Counted from the stretch's first letter, positions 45,690 to 55,014 are shown. The stretch: DNA of 64,000 nt from an uncultured virus (IMG/VR IMGVR_UViG_3300011215_000019) (IMGVR_UViG_3300011215_000019:1-64000); one strand, 5' to 3'. Notes: generated by a model not told the origin, from the letters alone. Numbers and translations are program-made.

Positions 45690-46151
45690 CTAGTCGAGAT
45701 TCTTTACCGCGTAATCCGCCTGAGCCTTGGTGAACTTTCCACCATATTCGCTCGTCAACTGATCGCGGATAGCTTCAGGAGACATGCTCATGCTCTCCTG
45801 GTAGGTCTTAGCCGATTCCAGCGCGTTCTTGTTCCAGTCAGCTTCGATGTTGTCGATAGCGTACTGCGCGGCCTTCTTCGAGAACTTATCTCCAGCATCG
45901 CTGATCAACTGGTCATAGATGGCATCCTTGCTCATGTGCATCATCTCAGAGTAAGTTTCTGCGCTATTCAACGCCGACTTGTACTCAGTCGGAACTTCTT
46001 TTTCTGCCTTCTCTTCGGAACCGCTATCAGCGGACTTCTGCGAAGACGATGCCGCCGGGCTTTCCTTCGGGGCATCCGCCGAAACGTCAGAGCAAGCGGT
46101 CATGCCCAGAGCCACCGCCGAGATAATTGCAAGTGATGCAAGCTTTTTCAT
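45690..46151 (-). CDS. ltp: Ltp-family superinfection-exclusion lipoprotein
   Basis: Lipobox MTAC; two repeats AL.SA.TY...MS..AI.DQL.S..G.KF....A.YA..N. Confidence 0.9.
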   Translation of the reverse strand: MKKLASLAIISAVALGMTACSDVSADAPKESPAASSSQKSADSGSEEKAEKEVPTEYKSALNSAETYSEMMHMSKDAIYDQLISDAGDKFSKKAAQYAIDNIEADWNKNALESAKTYQESMSMSPEAIRDQLTSEYGGKFTKAQADYAVKNLD

Positions 46152-46206
46152 TTCAAACTTCCTACGAGTGATGATCAAACATTTTGATAATAACCAATTA
46201 AGTTGT

Positions 46207-46241
46207 TAAAAAGAAAAAGACCCCGACTTTCGTCGGGGTCA
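46207..46241 (-). terminator. Terminator after integrase
   Basis: GACCCCGAC-gaaa-GTCGGGGTC plus T-run. Confidence 0.85.
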
Positions 46242-46245
46242 ACTC

Positions 46246-47376
46246 TTAATCCAGAGCGTCAGCTGCATTCTGATCATCATCATTGGCGAGCTGCGCGTAA
46301 ATGTTTAGCGTCGTCTGCGGCTTCTCATGCCCCAACCTAGCTTGAACAACGTGCACCGGCACGCCGGCCTGCAGTAGGTGCGTTGTATGTGCCTTGCGGA
46401 TTTCATGAATCCACGGTTTATCGTCCAAATCACCGTTCTTCACAAGGTCGTTGATGATTGGTTGCCAAGTTTCCTTATGGAAGTAGCTATTACGAAGGTA
46501 CGTTCCATCTGGTCGCGTGAAAATCAGTTCGCCTGGACGCATATCCCGCATATGCTCGATCAGGTCGGCCGATAGTTCCAAACCACATGTCACGTTTCGC
46601 TTAGCCTTCTTCGACTTCGGAGGGCCGATTTCTTCGCCATCGTCAGTAGCTTTCCAAGCGCGAGTAATCATCAACGTGCAGCGCTTGTCCGAAACGCGAA
46701 TATCTCGTTTGCGAAGTGCTGTTGCTTCGGAGTAGCGGATTCCGGTCTTAGACAGCACGCGAATAAATAGCTTGTAACGCTCTGGCACCGCGTCCTCGAT
46801 GATTTGCAGGTCGTCCTTGGACAAATACACCGGTTCGCGCCCGTCGTTCGTGTCTGGGTCTCCTACGCCCTTTGCGACGTTCTTGGTCATGCGACCTTCG
46901 TCGACGGCGGTGTTGAAGGCGCTCGATAACAGTGCGTGCACTTCGCCCTTGGTGCGGTAAGAGAGCTCTGTGCCCACGGCGATGTTGGCGCCTTTGGCCG
47001 AGCGTAAACCGTCCATCCATTCCATGACGTGTTCCTTGGTCACTTTGTCGATGGCCATGTTGCCGAGCTTTGAGCCTTCAATGTGAAACTTTGCGCGGCT
47101 CCGATATTTCTTGACCGTGCCCGACTGAACTTTGGTCAGCAGGTCGATATGCCTGGTGACGATCTCTTGGACTTTGGGCACGCGCTTGTCGTGCATCCGT
47201 TTCACTTCGGCTGCAGCTTTCAAGCTGTTGCCGTTCGCATCCAAGAATTCCTTGAAGGTGGTCGCCCTATCTTCGTCGTCGAAGATGCGCGATGACATCT
47301 TGCCGGTGTCCTTGTTTCGGTAGACGACCCGGTAGCCCGTGCCTTTACGTCGCTCGATTGTCTGAATCGTTGCCAC
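46246..47376 (-). CDS. int: Tyrosine integrase of P1
   Basis: TGIRYSE (R), KSKK (K), HEIR (HxxR), LGH, IYA (Y). Confidence 0.95.
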   Translation of the reverse strand: MATIQTIERRKGTGYRVVYRNKDTGKMSSRIFDDEDRATTFKEFLDANGNSLKAAAEVKRMHDKRVPKVQEIVTRHIDLLTKVQSGTVKKYRSRAKFHIEGSKLGNMAIDKVTKEHVMEWMDGLRSAKGANIAVGTELSYRTKGEVHALLSSAFNTAVDEGRMTKNVAKGVGDPDTNDGREPVYLSKDDLQIIEDAVPERYKLFIRVLSKTGIRYSEATALRKRDIRVSDKRCTLMITRAWKATDDGEEIGPPKSKKAKRNVTCGLELSADLIEHMRDMRPGELIFTRPDGTYLRNSYFHKETWQPIINDLVKNGDLDDKPWIHEIRKAHTTHLLQAGVPVHVVQARLGHEKPQTTLNIYAQLANDDDQNAADALD

Positions 47377-47382
47377 TTTGCC

Positions 47383-47445
47383 CTATGCCTTGTCTATGTT
47401 GTTCTATGTTGCGGTTAAGCATCATTTAGGCTGTTTTAAGCATCA
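47383..47445. repeat. Right att arm repeats
   Basis: CTATG at 47383, 47394, 47404; TTAAGCATCA at 47415 and 47436. Confidence 0.7.
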
Positions 47446-47448
47446 TGC

Positions 47449-47486
47449 AAAAAACGAAGCCCGGAATCATGCCGATTCCGGGCTTC
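47449..47486 (-). terminator. Phage-supplied terminator next to att
   Basis: GAAGCCCGGAATC stem plus T-run on minus strand. Confidence 0.8.
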
Positions 47487-47491
47487 TATAG

Positions 47492-47513
47492 GGTGGAGAT
47501 GGGGAGAATTGAA
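47492..47513 (-). other. att core at P1/P2 junction (ssrA 3' fragment)
   Basis: GGTGGAGATGGGGAGAATTGAA identical to 1307-1328. Confidence 0.9.
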
Positions 47514-47590
47514 TTTCCCATATCGCCCTATTGGGCGCATCACCTAAAGCTGGCTTCCGCTAGATCTCGCGGATCTTACTTGACCTACCT

Positions 47591-47977
47591 CTAACCCGTT
47601 CCGACCCTTGTTGCCATTGGTAACACGTTATTCATGCGCCAGTACGCCTCGACTGCCCTTATCGGAAGATCCAGCTCCTGCGCGATGTAAAGCGGGTCCT
47701 CGCACACCGTTTCGGCATTCATGTAGTCATCGTCTTTGATGAGTAGTCTTGCCGCGAACTCGTCTGCCTTCATCTCGTTACTGGGGGTGCTTTCCCTATG
47801 ACCGTGATGTGCATGCCCCAGTTCATGCGCGAGGGTGAACTTCTCCATTGCTGGCGGTAGCGACTGTTCGATGATGATCAGCTTGAGATCGTCGTAGTAC
47901 ACGCCGTTGCGTCCATCCAGGCTTCCATAAAGAACTCTGATGCCGTAGCTGTCGGCTACTCTCAGCAGTTTCTCCAC
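47591..47977 (-). CDS. ImmA/IrrE metallopeptidase (antirepressor)
   Basis: FTLAHELGH, E..ADEFAARLLI. Confidence 0.9.
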   Translation of the reverse strand: MEKLLRVADSYGIRVLYGSLDGRNGVYYDDLKLIIIEQSLPPAMEKFTLAHELGHAHHGHRESTPSNEMKADEFAARLLIKDDDYMNAETVCEDPLYIAQELDLPIRAVEAYWRMNNVLPMATRVGTG

Positions 47978-47985
47978 TTCACTCC

Positions 47986-48318
47986 TTATGGGGCTTCCTG
48001 CGAGCCCTCCTGCTTTCGGTCTGTTTCTTCGGTGCGACCATCAGCCGCAAGACCATAGATAGCAGACGGGTCAGACACTAGTTGGCTTTCTGCGGTCATG
48101 ATGACCCAGCTAAGGTTCAGCCCGAGTTCGGATGCGAATGCTTCCAGTTCTCCGATGGAGAATTTGGTGTCGCCCCGCAGTTTCGAGCTTAGGGACGGCT
48201 GTGAGATGCCGAGTTTAGCTGCGAAGCTGTTTGCGCTCAGGCGTCGCTTTGCCATTTCTCCGCGGACTACGGAGGCAATTGCCAGTTCGATATCTGAGAG
48301 CTTCTTACTAGTGGTCAT
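47986..48318 (-). CDS. P2 immunity repressor
   Basis: XRE HTH AAKLGISQPSLSSKLRG; tail with YGLAA. Confidence 0.85.
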   Translation of the reverse strand: MTTSKKLSDIELAIASVVRGEMAKRRLSANSFAAKLGISQPSLSSKLRGDTKFSIGELEAFASELGLNLSWVIMTAESQLVSDPSAIYGLAADGRTEETDRKQEGSQEAP

Positions 48319-48329
48319 GGGTTTTAGTT

Positions 48330-48390
48330 TAGAACAATTTCGACAGAACGCAAAGTGCGGGTTGCTTAACTAAAAGAAAACTTCTAGATT
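48330..48390. promoter_or_regulatory. P2 divergent promoter/operator region
   Basis: TTGCTT-17 bp-TAGATT (48362-48390); AGAA-N4-TTC inverted motifs. Confidence 0.55.
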
Positions 48391-48396
48391 GAATGC

Positions 48397-48651
48397 ATGG
48401 CAACTAAGAACATGCACGACGCGCTTGTTTCGGAGATCCGAGCCGAGATGGGTCGCCAGCGTAAAACCCAAACCGAACTGTCCAATATCATCCACCTCTC
48501 ACAGCGTGCCACGAGCTACCGACTGAATGGCGAACGAACCATCAGCTGGGACGAAGCTTTCCAAGCAGCACAGTGGCTAGGCATCAGCCTTACCGAACTT
48601 GTCCGGCGAGCAGAGAGCAACCGCTACCACGAGGAAGCGCTGGCAGGATGA
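48397..48651 (+). CDS. Cro-like HTH protein
   Basis: IRAEMGRQRKTQTELS..RLNGER. Confidence 0.85.
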   Translation: MATKNMHDALVSEIRAEMGRQRKTQTELSNIIHLSQRATSYRLNGERTISWDEAFQAAQWLGISLTELVRRAESNRYHEEALAG

Positions 48652-48887
48652 CAGACCAGAAACTCCCCCACTTCCGAACTCCCGAAGCAGTCGCCCCGGA
48701 ACTGGGGATGACCCCAACAGAACTTCGACGCTACTGCCGAATCTCAACTGACCATTGCACTCGACTTAGCCGGCACAAGATCATGCTGGACGAAGAGAAC
48801 GTAGACGCAATCAAGGCCTACATCAAGAAGATGCAGGCAGAACCGGTTACCGATCCGGAAACCGGCAAGATCGACCCTTTCGCATGA
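48648..48887 (+). CDS. Excisionase-like protein, paralog of 44652-44879
   Basis: PHFRTPEAVAPELGM. Confidence 0.7.
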   Translation: MTDQKLPHFRTPEAVAPELGMTPTELRRYCRISTDHCTRLSRHKIMLDEENVDAIKAYIKKMQAEPVTDPETGKIDPFA

Positions 48888-48977
48888 TCAGGCACCCTCG
48901 CCCCTTTGTCTGGGCAATCATTCCAATTTTGTTTCGCTTCCCCTTGGGTTCGTCCCTCGGAGTAAGGATTATTTGTC

Positions 48978-49247
48978 ATGCCGAAAATCAGTTTGGCTTT
49001 CATGGAGAACAAGGCTCGTGAGGCTGTCCCAGAGCTTCCCCGCAGCGCTTATAAAAAGCTCGGCAAGGTCGCTTTCAAGCGGTTCCAGGGCTTCACTCGC
49101 GAGCCAACCGAACAAGAGGTCTTGGAGATGTTCAAGACCATCGTTTACGGGGATCCTACTGGCGATACAGCGGTACGGCACCTCATGAACCCCACCGAAT
49201 GCGACCACCACACATCAGTAACCCGACGACTAGGAGCAGCAGCATGA
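48978..49247 (+). CDS. Hypothetical phage protein
   Basis: DPTGDTAVR; paralog of 44303-44524. Confidence 0.65.
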   Translation: MPKISLAFMENKAREAVPELPRSAYKKLGKVAFKRFQGFTREPTEQEVLEMFKTIVYGDPTGDTAVRHLMNPTECDHHTSVTRRLGAAA

Positions 49248-49483
49248 GTAAGCACGTTGATATTGATCAGTTGGAACACGATATGGGTGATGCGTCGAGT
49301 GAGTACGTCAACATCCACTACACGGATCTCATCAACTTGATCGAGCGTGTGCGGGCTGGTGAACAGCTTCGTAGCGAGATCGCTGAGGTTGCAAAGAATT
49401 TCTGCTTCGTCAGCTAACCAAACAAAAAACGAAACCCACTCGTCCGAACCGAGTGGGTTTCTCATTTCCTGAGGAGGAACGAT

Positions 49484-49777
49484 ATGGAAAGCGTATCAAA
49501 ACCGCTGCCGATTCCTGCGGTGTTGAACAATCACGACGAGTGGGATGAAGCTGCCCGGGCTGCTATGAACGGTTTCATTGCTCGTGGTGTTTCTTTTACT
49601 GCTGATGACCTCCGTGATGTTACTCCGGTTCCTAAGCATGCGAATTGGGTTGGCCCGTTGTTTGGTGAGTTTCAGGCTAAGGGTTTGATCCGGTATGTGG
49701 GGCATGAGCGGTCTCGTGCTGCGTCTCGTCGTGGTGGTGCTTTGGCGCGTTGGGTTGGGGTGAGCCGTCGTGGATGA
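49484..49777 (+). CDS. Winged-helix-like phage protein
   Basis: FTADDLR; GAGGAGG RBS. Confidence 0.7.
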   Translation: MESVSKPLPIPAVLNNHDEWDEAARAAMNGFIARGVSFTADDLRDVTPVPKHANWVGPLFGEFQAKGLIRYVGHERSRAASRRGGALARWVGVSRRG

Positions 49778-50082
49778 ACCGATGTCAACCCGCGACAACA
49801 TATGCGTTGTTGGTATCGGTCTTGTTGGGGTCGGTGTACTTATAGCCTCGGTCTATTTGGTCGGGGCTTTACTCATGCTCACAGTATGGAAAATCTGATG
49901 ACTGACATGCGTGCTGCTTTGGTAGCGATCCAAGAACTGCACCCCAAGGAATACGCATCGGTTGGGGATGAAGTATATGAACTCAACCCACTATGCGGAA
50001 ACTGTGGCACCGCATTCCCTTGCCCGACCCGCCGCCTGGCTGACGACGCGCTGACCGCCCGCACCACCAAGAACGGAGACGC

Positions 50083-50331
50083 GTGATGATTCCCCGCGGA
50101 CTGCTGCCCGGCACGCCAATCCGGTTCGAAGACGTGCAAGAGGGCGACGTGATCGACACCTACAGCCCAGACGGATCAACTCGAAACCGATTCCACAAGC
50201 GCATGAATCAGACCGTCCAGCAGAACGGGGTCTACTCCTGCGATCTCTACACCGACTACGACATGATCTGCCGGAACCTCGGGCTGTGGATACAGCTACG
50301 ACATCGGCCCAAGAACGGAGACAACAAATGA
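50083..50331 (+). CDS. Hypothetical phage protein
   Basis: GGAG RBS, coupled. Confidence 0.6.
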   Translation: MMIPRGLLPGTPIRFEDVQEGDVIDTYSPDGSTRNRFHKRMNQTVQQNGVYSCDLYTDYDMICRNLGLWIQLRHRPKNGDNK

Positions 50332-50576
50332 GCAACCTACCCGGCAACCCGCACGCGGAACTAGCCGAAGATGACGTCGAATACCCAGGCGCTTGGAACG
50401 AGCTAGAAGCCGTTACCGCCTTGTTGCAGACTAGCGCCCGAGCCACCTTGGCTCTCGCGTACGAACAGCGCACCGCCAACCTGATCGCGTACATCGAAAC
50501 GTTCGGTGGCGGGATTGACTACGACGATATTTGGCACGATGTCAGCACCCGACTCGGACTAGGAGACAACAAATGA
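50328..50576 (+). CDS. Hypothetical phage protein
   Basis: ATLALAYEQRTANLIAY; GGAG RBS. Confidence 0.65.
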   Translation: MSNLPGNPHAELAEDDVEYPGAWNELEAVTALLQTSARATLALAYEQRTANLIAYIETFGGGIDYDDIWHDVSTRLGLGDNK

Positions 50577-51022
50577 GTAAGACTTTCAAGAACCGGGTGT
50601 CAGTTCGAGATTCGGAAAGCGTCTTGGAAATCACTGATACGCCCGCAGGCATCAGGATCACAGTTGGGGAGGAAGACCGCATCGTTAGCGGCTGGTTCAA
50701 TCCGGTTCAAGGCGCGGGCATATCCCTGGCAATCCTCGAAGCGGCGGGGTATGGGGAAGAGGTTGTCACTGATGGTTCACCTGACGGACACATTCAGGTG
50801 GCTAAGTATTACCTGCATGAGGGTGTTAAAGCCCAGGAACGCGCTACCGCCGAAGCCAGGGAGCGGGCGGAGTTGGAAGCCGAAGCGCTGGAACTGTGCA
50901 ACGCCGCGATAAGGCAAGAGGATGGTGCGATTTACGATTCGTTTAGCCAAATCCCCACCCCGGATTTGTGGCTCGCTGTTGCCCATCGTGCACGTGAGAT
51001 CGCTAAGGAGGCCACCAAGTGA
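50573..51022 (+). CDS. Hypothetical phage protein
   Basis: AGGAG RBS, coupled. Confidence 0.65.
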   Translation: MSKTFKNRVSVRDSESVLEITDTPAGIRITVGEEDRIVSGWFNPVQGAGISLAILEAAGYGEEVVTDGSPDGHIQVAKYYLHEGVKAQERATAEARERAELEAEALELCNAAIRQEDGAIYDSFSQIPTPDLWLAVAHRAREIAKEATK

Positions 51023-51261
51023 AGCCACAGCCCGCAACCCATGCCGGTGTGACCGTGAACCGCCACGAAACAGGGAAAGAATGCGTCGAAGCCGCTACCC
51101 GGCGCGCCAACAACACAACCATCGTCATCGGCGTGGACAGGATCGGCGGAACCCTCGCAATCGACATCGACACCCAAGGCGAAGTGCACCTGCAGGACAC
51201 CGACTTGGCCAAAGACCTACGGATGATCGCCGAAGCAATCGAAATGAGCGCAGAGAAGTGA
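51019..51261 (+). CDS. Hypothetical phage protein
   Basis: AAGGAGG RBS. Confidence 0.6.
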   Translation: MKPQPATHAGVTVNRHETGKECVEAATRRANNTTIVIGVDRIGGTLAIDIDTQGEVHLQDTDLAKDLRMIAEAIEMSAEK

Positions 51262-51665
51262 ACCAGCCCCCGCTAAACCCGGACGCCATTCGTGAGCTCA
51301 CCGAAGCCATTCGACTGACCGTGGAGTACGTCGGCACCGGGATGCTACCGGCAATCCCCGGCTGGTCTTGGTACGACGCCATGGTCAAGTACGCGCCTAA
51401 TGATGCTGAAGTGTTGAGAGCGATGGAGCCACTCCCCGAGGCATCCGCCGCGTTGTCGGAAGTGAACACGGTGGAAGAACTCGACCAGCTGCCGGCGGGA
51501 ACCATCTTGCGCGATTACGTTGGCCTCGCACTAAATAAACGAGCAACCGGTAACTGGTGGGCGACCAATGGTGACAAAGAATTGACCAGCATTGATCTGG
51601 CCGAGGAAATCGCAGACACCGCACACACTTACCGTGTGCTTTACCTGCCTGGTGAGGGGTCATGA
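51258..51665 (+). CDS. Hypothetical phage protein
   Basis: IRLTVEYVG..LPAIPGWSW; LDQLPAG. Confidence 0.65.
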   Translation: MNQPPLNPDAIRELTEAIRLTVEYVGTGMLPAIPGWSWYDAMVKYAPNDAEVLRAMEPLPEASAALSEVNTVEELDQLPAGTILRDYVGLALNKRATGNWWATNGDKELTSIDLAEEIADTAHTYRVLYLPGEGS

Positions 51666-51880
51666 TCGGTTCTTGGTTTTGGGAGTTCATATACACCGCT
51701 TACACGCATTGGATGCACTCATGGCTATAGGAGGCCAACAATGACTGGTAAAACCCGTTCGTTTGAGCGACCAACCCTACCCGTGTTCCAAGCATCCTGT
51801 GGTGCTTGTGGATGGACAGGCCGCCAATGGTCGTTTGAAGCCATCGTCAGGGAAGAACAACAGGAACACAGGTGCGAACA

Positions 51881-52144
51881 ATGAGCGACTACACGCCAAC
51901 CACCGAGCAGGTACGTGAGCATTGGGAAAACGTTGGATTCGCTGGAACTGGCGAAGAGTTCGACCGCTGGTTAGCAACAGTGAAAGCCCAAGCGCTAAAC
52001 GATGTTGCTGACCAGATGCACGACCGATTCACAGCATCATGGATCCGCGGCAAAGCACGAGAACACACGCACGGCCCTCACAAAATTGTGGGGGCCTTCG
52101 CTTTACCAGAAACCAAGGAGGCTGATCGTGGCGATCAAGGCTAA
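51881..52144 (+). CDS. Hypothetical phage protein
   Basis: YTPTTEQVR, FDRWL; C-terminus shared with P1. Confidence 0.65.
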   Translation: MSDYTPTTEQVREHWENVGFAGTGEEFDRWLATVKAQALNDVADQMHDRFTASWIRGKAREHTHGPHKIVGAFALPETKEADRGDQG

Positions 52145-52712
52145 CTGTTCAATCGACGGTTGCGAAAAGCCGCAAATCGCTCGCGGATGGTGCCATACGC
52201 ATTACAAGCGGTGGAGTTCTCACGGGTCTGATGCGGAAATGGGCGCATCACTGCAACGCGACTATGACCCCGAAAAAGCGTTTCTTTCGAGGATTGCCCA
52301 AACCGTTTCGTGCACAAACTGGACAGGATGGATATCCCCGAGCGGTTACGGGAAGTTCAAAACTGGGGGCAAGTCAATCTTCGCTCACAGATACGCGTGG
52401 GAAAGAGCGAACGGACCAATCCCTGAAGGTATGGTCATCGACCACGCTTGCCATAACACTGCATGCGTCAACGTCGATCACCTCCGCCTGGCCACTCAGA
52501 CAGAGAACACGCGAAATCTTGCTGGTCCTAAATCAACCAACAAGCATAGCGGTGTTCGAAATGTCGGCCGGATGGGAGATCGGTGGCGCGTTCGAATTAC
52601 CAAAGATGGAACAGTTCACCATTTCGGCTGCTTCGACAATATCGAGCAGGCCAGCAAGGTCGCAGAAGCTGGTCGAAAGAAACTATTCGGTGAGTTCGCT
52701 GGAAGGGGATAA
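52128..52712 (+). CDS. Free-standing HNH homing-type endonuclease with AP2-like C-terminus
   Basis: CSIDGC..RGWCHTHY; AHRYAW, DHACHNTACVN.DHL; SGVRNV..WRVRI..GCFD. Confidence 0.9.
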   Translation: MAIKANCSIDGCEKPQIARGWCHTHYKRWSSHGSDAEMGASLQRDYDPEKAFLSRIAQTVSCTNWTGWISPSGYGKFKTGGKSIFAHRYAWERANGPIPEGMVIDHACHNTACVNVDHLRLATQTENTRNLAGPKSTNKHSGVRNVGRMGDRWRVRITKDGTVHHFGCFDNIEQASKVAEAGRKKLFGEFAGRG

Positions 52713-52716
52713 GGAA

Positions 52717-53535
52717 ATGGGAATCAAGATATACGAGGATCTGCCGCAGGGCGAACAGGAATGGTTGGAAGCGCGTGCAGGCTTAGTTACCGCCTCCACC
52801 GTAGGGAACCTAATCGCAACCGCAACAGCTTCAGCAATCGAATACCGTTGCCCCAAATGCGACGCACTTCACGGCACCCCCTGCTACGGAGTCAAGGGCG
52901 ACCCAATCAAGACCATTCACCCGGAACGCTCCGAGTATGCTCGAAACAACCCCGTGACCCGACTAGTGCCATCGACCGGGGACACAGCGAAAACACTCAT
53001 GGACACGCTGATCGCTGAACGGATCACCGGCCACGTAGAGCCCCTACCCATGAACAAGGCCATGGAACGCGGCGTCCTCGACGAACCCTACGCCCGAGCA
53101 ATCTACGCTGACACCCACGCGCCAGTGACAGAAGTCGGGTTCATCACCGAAGACAAGCACGGGTTCATCTTGGGCTACTCACCGGATGGTCTTGTTGGTG
53201 ATGATGGCTTGATTGAGATCAAGTCACGCGATCAGAAATCGCAGCTGCGAGTATTCCTGCGCGATGAGGTGCCAGCTGCGAACATGGCGCAGTTGCAGTG
53301 CGGCCTACTCGTTACGGGACGCAAATGGATTGACTACGTTTCCTACTGCGGCGGAATGCCACTCTACGTGAAGCGTGTCCAACCAGACCCTGAATGGTTC
53401 GCAGTGATCCTCGAAGCAGTTAGCGCTTTCGAGAAGACAGCGACCGAAACAATCAGCCGATACCTCGATGCGGTAGCGAACAGACCCGCTACCGAACGCA
53501 TCGACCACTTCCCAGAAACGGAGTTCACGTTCTAA
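52717..53535 (+). CDS. YqaJ/lambda-exonuclease family protein
   Basis: YSPDGLV, LIEIK; paralog of 40712-41542. Confidence 0.9.
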   Translation: MGIKIYEDLPQGEQEWLEARAGLVTASTVGNLIATATASAIEYRCPKCDALHGTPCYGVKGDPIKTIHPERSEYARNNPVTRLVPSTGDTAKTLMDTLIAERITGHVEPLPMNKAMERGVLDEPYARAIYADTHAPVTEVGFITEDKHGFILGYSPDGLVGDDGLIEIKSRDQKSQLRVFLRDEVPAANMAQLQCGLLVTGRKWIDYVSYCGGMPLYVKRVQPDPEWFAVILEAVSAFEKTATETISRYLDAVANRPATERIDHFPETEFTF

Positions 53536-54128
53536 TGGACATTTCAGCAGCACTCGTTGCCAAGAGTGACCAGCTCAACGCTTCAGACCTGACCGGCGCG
53601 CCAGTCGTTGCCACCATCAAGAATGTTCGACCAGGCGACCGAAACAAGCCGGTCATCATCGACCTAGCCGGCATGGACGGCAGGCCGTGGAAACCATCCA
53701 AGGGCATGCTAAGGGTGCTGTCCTACCGTTGGGGCACTGAAACAGATGCGTGGATTGGCCGGCTCGTGAAGCTCGTCAACAACCCTGAAGTTATTTATGC
53801 CGGCGAAAAGGTTGGCGGTGTTGAAGTCGTCGCCATGTCGCACATTGACGCGCCGTTCACCATCCCGGTTCGGATCAGTCAGAAGAAGGTCAGGCAGCAT
53901 CATGTTGATGTGTTGTCTGAGCCGGTGACTGAGCCGTGGGTGGCGCAGTGGCAGGCGATCAGCAACGCGTTGGCGCAGGCCGGCTATCAGGGTGATGGTC
54001 CGGCGATGCTGGCACATGCTGGGCAGATTGTTGGTGCTCAGTGGGATCATCCGAACAAGATCAGCGCTGAGGACGCGCAAAAGATCCTCGCAACCGTACG
54101 AGAAGACAACAACGAAGAAGGTAAGTAA
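53535..54128 (+). CDS. Probable single-strand annealing protein
   Basis: KSDQLNASDL. Confidence 0.6.
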   Translation: MDISAALVAKSDQLNASDLTGAPVVATIKNVRPGDRNKPVIIDLAGMDGRPWKPSKGMLRVLSYRWGTETDAWIGRLVKLVNNPEVIYAGEKVGGVEVVAMSHIDAPFTIPVRISQKKVRQHHVDVLSEPVTEPWVAQWQAISNALAQAGYQGDGPAMLAHAGQIVGAQWDHPNKISAEDAQKILATVREDNNEEGK

Positions 54129-54647
54129 ATGGGTCAGACAGCTTTTCACGGGAACCTTGGCAAGATTCACGGCCTGAAGTTCTCTAACGACGGCAAGCCA
54201 CGCATCAGCTTCTCAGTTGGTGAGGGGCACTCGAAGTTCAACAAGCAGACCAACCAGTGGGATAAGACGGGCACTACTTGGCGCAACGTCACCGTGTTTG
54301 GTAAGCGCGCCGAGGCGTTGGCTGAGGTTCTTCAGGAGGGCGCTAAGCAGCAGTTGGTTGTGATTGGTCGTGAGGAGACTCGCGAGTATGAGCACAACGG
54401 TGAAAAGCGAGAAAGCCTGGATTGTATTGCGGACATTGTTGGCATCGTTCCTAGCGCACAGCAGAGCGCCGGTAATGGTTTCCAGGCACCACCGCAGCAG
54501 GTTACTCCGCAGCCGAATGGTGGGGGTTCTTGGGCTGGTACTCCGGCGCAGGATCCTTGGGGTACTCAGTCGCAGCAGAACCCGGCTCAGGGCAACGGTG
54601 GCGGCTGGGGCAACCCGGGCGATGACCAGTCCCGTCCGCCTTTCTAG
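54129..54647 (+). CDS. ssb: Single-stranded DNA-binding protein
   Basis: OB-fold pattern, WRNVTVFG, C-terminal PPF. Confidence 0.9.
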   Translation: MGQTAFHGNLGKIHGLKFSNDGKPRISFSVGEGHSKFNKQTNQWDKTGTTWRNVTVFGKRAEALAEVLQEGAKQQLVVIGREETREYEHNGEKRESLDCIADIVGIVPSAQQSAGNGFQAPPQQVTPQPNGGGSWAGTPAQDPWGTQSQQNPAQGNGGGWGNPGDDQSRPPF

Positions 54648-54725
54648 CCGTTATCCACACCTAATCAACAAGCGCTAACCCAAACCGGGTAAGCGCTATT
54701 TCTATGCCCAGAAAGGCAAATCATC

Positions 54726-54965
54726 ATGGCTGAAAACTACATCAAAGCCGAGATCGTAACCCCACCAAACGACGCCGCAGGCTGGGTCGGCAAGGTGTTC
54801 ACTGCGTTCTTCTTGCTGGCGTTCCGAACCCTCATCCTGTGGTGGTTCTTCGCAGCATGGTTCCCACAGTTCGGACTCACTTACTGGCAGCTCGTACTGC
54901 CGGTGTACGCCGCACGCTGCATCTTCGGAAATCCCGGCATCATTCCGCGAGTGCTGAAGAAGTAA
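54726..54965 (+). CDS. Small membrane protein
   Basis: Two hydrophobic segments, LTYWQ. Confidence 0.65.
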   Translation: MAENYIKAEIVTPPNDAAGWVGKVFTAFFLLAFRTLILWWFFAAWFPQFGLTYWQLVLPVYAARCIFGNPGIIPRVLKK

Positions 54966-55014
54966 GCCGATCTAAAACAGGTCGGATTCTCTGATTCCTA
55001 GAAAGGGATTAACC

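Larger units (their letters stand above)
1307..47513 (-). mobile_element. Prophage P1, siphovirus, ~46 kb, integrated at ssrA 3' end
   Basis: 22-bp direct repeats; tyrosine integrase at right end; full gene set from repressor to lysis. Confidence 0.93.

Noticed and set aside
46246..47376. Integrase belonging to P2 (co-oriented with immA and repressor)
   Set aside because: It lies inside the P1 direct repeats, its arm motifs recur at P1's left end, and a terminator separates it from immA
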